Made by a program: the position numbers and the translations under genes. The notes beneath the pieces are model-generated. The model saw nothing but the letters and a program-made list of their open reading frames with translations. It had not been told where the DNA came from and did no database searches. Positions 9,685-17,483 of a stretch of DNA of 64,000 nucleotides are shown here, in pieces. Position 1 is the stretch's first letter; each line of letters starts with the position of its first letter. The stretch is taken from the NCBI GenBank assembly GCA_047495785.1, contig JBLDXI010000019.1:1-64000 (forward strand). Reading direction: 5' to 3'. Origin of the DNA: Lepidodermella squamata (Eukaryota; Animalia; Gastrotricha).

Positions 9685-10147
9685 TCAGAAGGAAACGCGT
9701 TTTGTGCTCCTCTTTTTTTTCGTTGGCATTTTTTGTTTGGCTACGTACCGACGACGACGACGCCGACCAGTTCCGATTTGCGAGCCTACTCTAGATATTA
9801 CATCTTTTGCAACTCCCTTTAACCCTTCCACTGCACGTTGTTTCAAAATCGCTCTGGGATTGGCATCTTTGTTTTCAAGAAGATCCGTTGCAATGTTGGC
9901 TGTTGTATGACTCAAATTCCGAAATATCGGTCCAAGTAAGGGAATGATATGATTGCGAAAAAACCCAGCAGCTACGCTCCCGAACCCGTTTCCTGTCTAT
10001 ACTAACACATTTTACACATTTTCACCGATTGTTACCGATTATTTTTACCTGGTATGAAGGAAAAACGATAGACTGTCCGCGAAATGGCTCTATCCCATAT
10101 CCACTTTGTTGCAACAAAAAAGACTCGTAAGCATCGGCTGAATACAT
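9685..10147 (-). CDS. Polinton core protein with an Arg/Lys-rich tail; intron 9997-10048; 136 aa
   Basis: Spliced: MYSADAYESFLLQQSGYGIEPFRGQSIVFPSYQ^TGNGFGSVAAGFFRNHIIPLLGP...QIGTGRRRRRR...KKKRSTKR. This matches the Q.G.G...F.G...Q.G.GFG..F pattern of the ORF between the capsid genes. Confidence 0.8.
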
Positions 10148-10248
10148 GTTTTATTTAGCTTTGTGTACAGTTTAAATCGAACCTAACTAATCCATTGTCT
10201 TTTTTTACAGCTGAGCTTTCCAACTTTTTCTAAAAACGGATGAATGGC

Positions 10249-11939
10249 TCATAAATAAATAAATAAATAAATAGCAATAGGTCTAATCTGAACTAATATA
10301 ACAGCCTTACCACTAACGAATTTTACAGGTAATCCAGAGTCTTTATATATTTGAATCTCAATAACAGACAAAACGCGACGTTTAATTGGGACAAATATGG
10401 GTTTTTCAAAAGTTTTCGAAAAAAAGCTTCCTTTGTCTATCGTTTTTTCCGTCGGAATTACTCGCAACAGGGGTGTGCGGGTATTTCCGACATACACGTC
10501 ATCAATTACGTCAGCGTACAAGAATAAGAAGGGCATTCCGTAATCAAGCTGGGGTGGAAATCTTGCGATCGCTTGATCGTCAACATGATGGATTGTGTAG
10601 AAATATTCTATTATCGATACAGGTTGCTCTTCGTGACTTGGCGGGTTTTGGTCATTTTGCGGACCAGATGGCTGAATTTCGACCGATGGGCTAGGAGCAC
10701 TTGATGACCGCTCTTTCACCGCTGTGCCGCTCTGATCTGACTGATCCATCGATGACTCGTCTGGCTCACTTTCATGCTGGTCTAGATCAACATTATCGTC
10801 AGGATTCTGATGTGTTGTCTCGTCAGGTAACAAATCTTTCTTTGCTGGATCCGTCGCTTTGTCTGACTCATTCTTCACAACTTCATCGTCACCAACCGCA
10901 GGGTCAGCCGGTTGATTATCATCTGGCTTCGCGGTCACTTGTTCATCTGGCTCAGCAGTCACTTGTTCATCTGGCTTCGCAGTCACTTGGTCTTCCGTTG
11001 ACTCGCCAGGCTTCTTATTATCACCCGATGGAATTGGCGGAAGCTTTCGCTTTCGTTGCGGTGGGTTACTGTCATTCGATACCTTTTTATCATTCGGATC
11101 TTGCCTATTCTCAGCTTCCGTCTCATCCTCTTTATCGACCTTTTTCACATCATCGTCAGCTGGGGGTGGCAACTCTGCATCTTCATCGGATCTTCGAGAT
11201 CTAACTTTACCGGGTACTCTTTCCGGTAAAAATAGCCCACCTTTGAATCTAACTTTGTTGAATTCATTCACATCTGCTGATATGGAACGGTATGGTATTC
11301 TCTGCCTACTTCCAGTAACGACATAGCCAAGCATTAGCCTGAACGCTGCGCCCATTTTAACCACGTCATTTGAAAACCCTTCGTCCTTTCTATCGAATTT
11401 GTGGAATGCAACAAAGGCACCAGGGTACCCTAAAACTTGCGCGAGTTCCTTAGGTATAAATATTCCCCATTTACCAATGGCGACCTTCAGTGACACGCGA
11501 TTTGTGATTTGCACGTACTCAAATGTAATATTCTTCGTTATGCTCTGAACTTCCTTCTCCATGTGAGTAAGCAATTCTTCTATGTTGGAGTAATATACTC
11601 CTCCGACCTGGCATTCATGCAGATTTTTCGTGTCAAATGGATCCGGAGCTTTGTATGCATCAGGTTGTTCCAACCATTCGCAATCAAAAACGTAAAAATT
11701 TGTCGGTTCTATCGACTCCCAAGCTGATGGACCGTTAAATTCCACGAGACCCATTTCCCATTGACCTAAATTTTTTTTTAGTGCGGGCTATAAGTGACTT
11801 TCATTTTTATCATACCCACTGTGCCAAGATCAATATCGTTGGCCAACTTGACGCGAAATGACGACGCTGTGTTGTCAGGAAACAGATCGTTGGATGCGTT
11901 CGATGGTAAGTAAAGTAAAAATTCTTGCCGCGCGCTCAT
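10249..11939 (-). CDS. Minor capsid protein (penton) with a long acidic/Pro-rich insertion; intron 11766-11815; 546 aa
   Basis: Exon 1 FLLYLPSNASNDLFPDNTASSFRVKLANDIDL^GQWEMGLVE and the C-terminal LFLYADVI....VGN..TPLLRVIP...P.FVP......IEIQI..D.G.PV.F..GK are classic penton ends. Confidence 0.9.
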
Positions 11940-12169
11940 GTCGTCGTGTTATTAGCAATGCGATGAAATAGCCGATCCCTCCAAGACCAGTAGATTTCAA
12001 TAGAAAAATATGTGGCGCAGAGAGCTAACAGCGATATTATTCCGAGACCTTTTTTTCTCCTACTAACTGCAGCTGCTAGCCTACTGCTAACACTGCTGTG
12101 CGGCGAACTACTTTTACTTGCTCTTTCGTGTGATTCTTCAGGTGCCTGAGGAGACTCTGTTCCACACAT
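11936..12169 (-). CDS. Small single-TM protein (77 aa)
   Basis: RRKK is followed by hydrophobic GLGIISLLALCATYFSIEIYW. Its stop overlaps the penton start (ATGA) and its start abuts the upstream stop. Confidence 0.55.
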   Translation of the reverse strand: MCGTESPQAPEESHERASKSSSPHSSVSSRLAAAVSRRKKGLGIISLLALCATYFSIEIYWSWRDRLFHRIANNTTT

Positions 12170-12250
12170 TTATCGGCGATGCACGCGTTTGTTACCGCGT
12201 TTGCGTGCTGTGGATTTTCGTTTCCGGATAGCTCGTCTAGGACCAGGCAT
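12170..12250 (-). CDS. 26-aa protamine-like basic peptide MPGPRRAIRKRKSTARKRGNKRVHRR
   Basis: Exactly fills the gap between the integrase stop (TAATG overlap) and the next ATG. TATATAAA lies 34 nt upstream. Too short for the ORF track. Confidence 0.6.
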   Translation of the reverse strand: MPGPRRAIRKRKSTARKRGNKRVHRR

Positions 12251-13497
12251 TACTTTCCCCTCTTTTTGGCCGATTTTCGCTCCTTTATATATTCATTTTG
12301 GACGTCTTTTATTTGGTCAATTGGCTCCCATGAACTTTGAGATTTGGGAAACCCAACCCAGCTAACTAAAACCCGCGTTGTTCCATCCTTGAATTTTCGC
12401 TTCTCTTTACTCACTTCATCTATCAGGTATTCATCCGGTAATTTGACTTTTTGAAGCTCATAGTGATAAAAAACGCCTGCAACAGGTTCGGTGTAGTCGC
12501 CGTTTTCTGTGCTCCATCCATTCAACTTGTATGTATGCGGCCCGTACCTGTCTGGCTTGATGGCTTTCGCTATTTTGAAATACTCATCCGTATAAGTAAA
12601 ATGACGAGCGCGGGCAAAAACGCCTCTCTCTGCTGAGATCCGTACTACATCGTCTAATTTAAAAGCTGATGGCTGCCTGCGACCTTCTTCTATGTCCGCT
12701 CCGAAAACGTTATTGTAAGCTATATACTGCTTAGGGCTGTCCTCGAAAATATCGAGATTAAGCTCCTTGTCACTCCCGATTTTACGCCCACTCTCCTTGT
12801 CATTGTACAACTCTGCGGGTGTGAACTTGGTAGATGAGTGACGGGAGTCATTGTAAACTCTAACGATGTTCTGCAAATCATCGACGAATCTACCGTCGTT
12901 TCGCGCCATCGCAAGCTTAGCCAGTCGCATGCGCAGTAATTTGTTGAATGACTCTATTTGAGGAACTTTCTTTTCCGAATTCGTAGCGAAAAAATGAATG
13001 GATTCTGATTTCAAATATCGCTCAACGTGTTGGTTGAAAAATTCTGAACCTCTATCGAACACAACAGCGTACGGTTTTTGCTTAGCGTCCTTCATAACTA
13101 TTTTCAGAGCTCTAAGTGTTTCGGGACCGGTTTTATTTCGCATCGTTTGCACCCAGGCGAAACGACTGTATGTGTCCTTGGCTGTAAGTATATATTGCAC
13201 GTTGTCGTTCTCGCCCTTTACATTTCTCACGTCCACCAAGTCCATAGCGAACAAACTTCTTCGACTAAAGCATGCCACCTTCCGGGTTACTCGATTCCTC
13301 GTTCCGACCTGCTTATAAACGCTCCACGTACGTTGATTTCCCAACCAGTTCCTTACTTGCCGCATTGTGATCTTTCGACCTGGATACTTGACCCTGTAGG
13401 CTTTGTAAAGAGCTGATACGCTACCGAGACCGCCTGGTTCACCCGGGTCGAAGTAAATTTTTCGCAAATCTCGGTCATCTTGATCTAACGTTGGCAT
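12250..13497 (-). CDS. Retroviral-type (rve) DDE integrase with a C-terminal chromodomain
   Basis: IYFDP..PGGLGS..LY, AMDLVD (D), VFDRGSEF (D), IESFNKLL (E), YN...HSST..TP, FK..D.VRIS and chromodomain YLIDEV...VLVSWVGFP...SSWEP. Confidence 0.95.
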   Translation of the reverse strand: MPTLDQDDRDLRKIYFDPGEPGGLGSVSALYKAYRVKYPGRKITMRQVRNWLGNQRTWSVYKQVGTRNRVTRKVACFSRRSLFAMDLVDVRNVKGENDNVQYILTAKDTYSRFAWVQTMRNKTGPETLRALKIVMKDAKQKPYAVVFDRGSEFFNQHVERYLKSESIHFFATNSEKKVPQIESFNKLLRMRLAKLAMARNDGRFVDDLQNIVRVYNDSRHSSTKFTPAELYNDKESGRKIGSDKELNLDIFEDSPKQYIAYNNVFGADIEEGRRQPSAFKLDDVVRISAERGVFARARHFTYTDEYFKIAKAIKPDRYGPHTYKLNGWSTENGDYTEPVAGVFYHYELQKVKLPDEYLIDEVSKEKRKFKDGTTRVLVSWVGFPKSQSSWEPIDQIKDVQNEYIKERKSAKKRGK

Positions 13498-13552
13498 TTT
13501 CGTTGTATATTCCAACTCTAGCGTTTTGCGTTTTAAATAGTGACATTCTGTA

Positions 13553-14467
13553 ATGGAAAAGTATTCTTACATCCGAGCTATTGGCTCAGGTTCTTTCGGC
13601 ACTGTCAGTTTACAGCGCAACATTCCCCTAAATCGAATGTTTGCAGTGAAAATGATAGATACTACGATCCCCTACAAACTCGAGTCTGCCACTCGGGAAA
13701 TTGAGTGCCTGCAAATACTAAAATCTGCGCCAAACGTTATTAGGTAGGCGACTGATATTGTTTTGACCACCGAATTACTTAAATCGTATAGACTGCATGA
13801 GGTTGTGTTCACCACTCGACGTGCATTTCTTGTGCTGGAATGTCACCTCATGGATATGAAATCCTTGATTGGAGTGATAACTCGACCCTGGCCACTTGTT
13901 CTACTAACCCGATGGTTAAACCAGCTTTTGACTGCTCTTGCATATATTCACGCTTGTGGAATAATTCATCGCGACATTTGCCCGCAGGTTTGTCAGTTTT
14001 TGTCTTTCAGCCAAGTTTTCAACACCTAATTACAGAATGTACTCCTGCAAACCAGCTGGGTCGATGTATCCCTCGCTGATTTCGGCATTTCGCGAACACT
14101 GCCCGACGACACCTGCCCAGATATGACCCCGGAAGTTACGGCGTTTCACTACCGAGCGATCGAAATAGTATTCCCTAAACCTCGATATACGAATAAAATT
14201 GATGTTTGGTCCCTAGCTGCTACAACTATTGAACTTGTTACACTTGCACCGTTTTTCTCCGCTCAATCTACTGTCAACATATTCAATAACATAAAATCTA
14301 AAACTTCCAGTCTTGATGATTTCTTTAGGTGTTTGAACACATTCGTTCACTGCGATTTCACCGAGTACAGGCAATTGCTTGAGCTACTGTTCTCAATGCT
14401 CAATAACAATCCTGAATCTCGTCCATCAGCAGATCAATCTCTAATTCTGCTCAATGCAATCTTATGA
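13553..14467 (+). CDS. CDK-like (CMGC) Ser/Thr protein kinase; introns 13744-13791 and 13988-14035; 272 aa
   Basis: GSGSFG, AVK, SATREIECL (PSTAIRE-like helix), HRDICPQ^N, ADFG, MTPEVTAFHYRAIE, IDVWS, NPESRPSA. Confidence 0.9.
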
Positions 14468-15101
14468 TATCAACATTTCGGTTTCCAACATTGTCGCAAC
14501 CTTCAACGTTGGAACTCCCATAGATCTACATCTCCTTGCTCAGCGTGGGGTTAATACGTTCTTCGATAGCAGGCAAATACCCGTATCAGTAAAGATCCGA
14601 TTCCCCAGTCACATTTCAGCAATGGTTTACTCATCAGGCCATGTTATAGTCATTGGAGGAAAAGGGTCGAAGGACACTGCGGATTTTGAATGCAAAGCCT
14701 TGGTCATCTTACACAAGCTACGGAATTGGATGTCAATTCCTTCTCTAATCTTCGATCGGTTTAATATTAGAAACATTGTCATAACAGGACAGCTACCTTT
14801 TCGATTTTTGCAAATTTCAACACTGTATTCGGAATTTTCATCGGTGAAAATGCCAGGATTCAAAATTGTTTACATACCTGAAATGTTCTGCGCTATGAGA
14901 CTTACCATCAATAATGTGAAAATTAGCTTTTTCCCAAGCTCTCATAAGTTTAATGTTGTCGGCGTTAAAACATTAGATCATGGGCTGAATATTGTTCGTA
15001 CTTTTGTCCAGCTCTGCATTGATATTCACGAAAAAGAGTTGACTGATTTGGGGTTAACCGAGCTAGATTTACTGTTCCTGAATTCCTGTTTCAATAATTA
15101 A
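14454..15101 (+). CDS. Divergent TATA-binding-protein family factor (TBP/TRF2-like)
   Basis: Two TBP repeats: ISVSNIVATFNVG.PIDL..LA.RG.N...AMVYSSGHVIVIG and FNIRNIV.TG.LPF...Y.PE.F.A......IS.F.S.K..VVG.K. Confidence 0.85.
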   Translation: MQSYDINISVSNIVATFNVGTPIDLHLLAQRGVNTFFDSRQIPVSVKIRFPSHISAMVYSSGHVIVIGGKGSKDTADFECKALVILHKLRNWMSIPSLIFDRFNIRNIVITGQLPFRFLQISTLYSEFSSVKMPGFKIVYIPEMFCAMRLTINNVKISFFPSSHKFNVVGVKTLDHGLNIVRTFVQLCIDIHEKELTDLGLTELDLLFLNSCFNN

Positions 15102-15135
15102 AAATTTATTATTCTTAGACAAGATTTATTGAGTC

Positions 15136-15747
15136 ATGGCATTGTCCGCACCAGGTGTTGAGCTGACTGTTTTCAATATAAATCCGCAACTGAACCTCGG
15201 AATCGATAATATGCCCAATGGACACTATCTTCGCAATCAGCAGGTGGAAAAATTACGAGCTGTGAAATCTCACTTTCTAAGGACAATGCACGGCTCTGTT
15301 GTTGTTGACATTGTATCTGGAAAATCCGGCGTTTGCGTCCTCCTACCTTACGTGCTCAAATCTAGCAGAGTTTTGGTGATTACGCCTTCTCAAGACATTA
15401 CACGACAACTAGCATGGGATTTTACCGGAAATTTGAAACCTGAAACAGCCTTCCTGTTTCGCGCAGGCGTTTACACCTTCTGGAAGACATGGCCGACCAT
15501 CATACCTAAATGTTGCATTTTCGATCACTCTTACAATTTTAATCAGGATTTCAACCCACCACCTCTCTTCATCACCAACAGCTTTGATTTGAACCTTATC
15601 CCTCTAAATCTTTTCGATTTAGTAACCGTTGTTAACGCACAAGATTTTCTACTTTCATCTTTGAAGCTCATCGCGGAACGTTTTAAAAAGGTCAAAGTAG
15701 TGTTCCTTGCAGACCGTAAGATTGCCGATTTCAACGTTATTATGTAA
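15136..15747 (+). CDS. Stand-alone, apparently inactive SF2 helicase N-terminal domain (ResIII/DEAD-like)
   Basis: Q motif LRNQQ, degenerate Walker A SGKSG and motif Ia RVLVITPS..IT.QL. The Walker B position reads FDLVTVVNAQ instead of FDLVIVDEAH. Confidence 0.7.
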   Translation: MALSAPGVELTVFNINPQLNLGIDNMPNGHYLRNQQVEKLRAVKSHFLRTMHGSVVVDIVSGKSGVCVLLPYVLKSSRVLVITPSQDITRQLAWDFTGNLKPETAFLFRAGVYTFWKTWPTIIPKCCIFDHSYNFNQDFNPPPLFITNSFDLNLIPLNLFDLVTVVNAQDFLLSSLKLIAERFKKVKVVFLADRKIADFNVIM

Positions 15748-16014
15748 CACTAGACTTGGGTGTCAGGTACTGGTTTCAGGTTCTTTTCTATTAATCCATG
15801 TTGTTAGCCCCATTAATGTCCATGTTCGATGATCCATTGATCAATAAAAATGAGATTCCGTAACGTGTTTTTTTGCTCGAGCGTCAAATAGGTGACTACC
15901 AGACATTCTAGATTTTTTGTTCTGAGATAGATTTCATAAAGTACCATAAAGTACCAAAAATTTGAGTCCTAATTTATTATTTAAAATTAACTTTTGACGT
16001 TGTTTCTTTTTAAG

Positions 16015-16474
16015 CTCCTCACACTTCCTCCTCTCAGGTGCTGATACGACGAGCGTACACCCTAATTACGGCACTGCTCTCGAGATTGCCGCCAAGTTTG
16101 GGAACAGTTTCCCAACAGCCGTGCTGACAATGATCAGAGCTAATCCTAAGTTGATTAACACCGTAGATGCGGTTAAAGGCTATTCGCCCCTACATCGAGC
16201 GGTACTTAACCATAACATTAAGATGATGGAGTTGCTTCTTGAAAATGGAGCTAACCTTGAGGTAATGTCAGTAAAGGGCGAAAGTCCTTTGAATCTGTTG
16301 ATGGGCTCCAACTGCTGTTATCCACAACTTCCAGTGGTTCAGTTCTTAATCGACAACGGTGCGAATATTAACAGTCCTGATTCGTCAGGCTGCACTCCTT
16401 TGTGTAAAGCGAAAAATGCCGGCAAGCGGCCGGAGATCGTGCAGTTTCTGATAGATCACGGGGCTAAATTTTAA
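16015..16474 (+). CDS. Ankyrin-repeat protein (last exon; start exon not resolved)
   Basis: The frame is open from the acceptor at 16014 and contains the repeats YGTALEIAAKFG, GYSPLHRAV...LLENGANLE, GESPL...LIDNGANIN and GCTPL..A...LIDHGA. Confidence 0.85.
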
Positions 16475-16760
16475 AAATGAATAAATGCGAATTGGTCTTT
16501 CGTTTAATTCTTAATCCTTATGAAATGACTGCCGACAGTGAAACCAGTGTCTCAGGTCTCGGGCACGATAAAATAAGACATGTCTGAAAAAAATATTTTT
16601 ATTGAGAAAAGTCACACTCGCAAGTGGGGAATTTTGGTTCTTTACTTCAAAGTTCGAAAAAATGAAATGGTGCTAAGATGGTGCTAAGCACTTTAAATCA
16701 CAAAATAGTTTCTGGTCTTTGTAAAAGTTAGCTCGAGCAAACGCTTCATTATGGCAAATG

Positions 16761-17483
16761 TTAGAAATTGCGATTCTGCGCAGCAACTGGGCCACTTACT
16801 CCAGAGCGGCGCTTGTTGCCAGCAATAGGCGAATTGTTTTTAGGACCTGAACTGCCAGAGGTTCCAGGACGGTGACCAGGACCTGTACGTGAAGCATTGC
16901 CCTTGGGACCTGAGGTGCCAGAGGTTCCATGACGGGGTCCTGAACCTGAGCGTGAAGAATTGCCCTTGGGACCTGAGGTGCCAGAGGTTCCAGGACGGGG
17001 CCTGCTGCCAGCGTTGGTTGAATTACCCTTGGGACCAGTGCTTCCGGTGGCTGCAGGACGGCGCCTGTTCCCAGCGGTGGCTGAATTCGCCTTCGGACCA
17101 GTGCTTCCAGTGGCTACAGGACGGCGCCTGTTCCCAGCCATTGTCGAATTCGCCTTCGGACCAGTGCTTCCAGTGGCTGCAGGACGGCGCCTGTTCCCAG
17201 CGGTGGCTGAATTCGCCTTCGGACCAGTGCTTCCAGAAACTCCAGGCAGACGCTTCGTGGCTACCACGGTTGAGTTTCCCCTGGGACCAGAGCTACCGGT
17301 TTTCCCAAGAAGGCGTTGCTTTCCGATCAAGCCATTGGTACCCGCGTTGACGCTTATTGGTCCGGTTTCACCTCTTAGCTTATCATTGATGAACCGGCTT
17401 TGTTGAGCTGCGTACGATTCCGCAATAATAAGGGATGCCCATAGAATGGTGAAAAGAGTCACTGATGCTGTAATATTTCTCAT
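16761..17483 (-). CDS. Secreted basic Gly/Ser/Thr/Pro/Arg-rich repeat protein (degenerate collagen-like)
   Basis: Signal peptide MRNITASVTLFTILWASLIIAESYA, then about seven 21-aa repeats such as GSTGPKANSATAGNRRRPAAT. Confidence 0.75.
   Translation of the reverse strand: MRNITASVTLFTILWASLIIAESYAAQQSRFINDKLRGETGPISVNAGTNGLIGKQRLLGKTGSSGPRGNSTVVATKRLPGVSGSTGPKANSATAGNRRRPAATGSTGPKANSTMAGNRRRPVATGSTGPKANSATAGNRRRPAATGSTGPKGNSTNAGSRPRPGTSGTSGPKGNSSRSGSGPRHGTSGTSGPKGNASRTGPGHRPGTSGSSGPKNNSPIAGNKRRSGVSGPVAAQNRNF
16840..17300. repeat. 63-bp coding tandem repeat (about 7 units)
   Basis: Units such as ggaccagtgcttccagtggctgcaggacggcgcctgttcccagc... recur every 63 nt. Confidence 0.85.

Larger units (their letters stand above)
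1..15747. mobile_element. Polinton/Maverick (adintovirus-like) endogenous dsDNA virus. The left part lies outside the window; the right boundary is unresolved and may extend to ~16.5-19 kb.
   Basis: Compact cluster of hallmark genes (pPolB, A32/FtsK-like ATPase, adenain protease, major and minor capsid proteins, rve integrase) with abutting or overlapping ORFs. No TIR or TSD is identifiable because the other end is not in the window. Confidence 0.95.

Noticed and set aside
11185-11215. RSRR furin-like site in the penton, suggesting an envelope or fusion protein
   Set aside because: There is no signal peptide or TM, and the termini are clearly penton-like.
1-16474. Prophage or bacterial contamination
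   Set aside because: Spliceosomal introns, AATAAA signals, eukaryotic cargo genes and contiguity with intron-containing animal-type genes argue against it.
16889-17406. Plus-strand repetitive ORFs (153 and 148 aa)
   Set aside because: Antisense shadows of the 63-bp repeat; the minus frame has the ATG and signal peptide.
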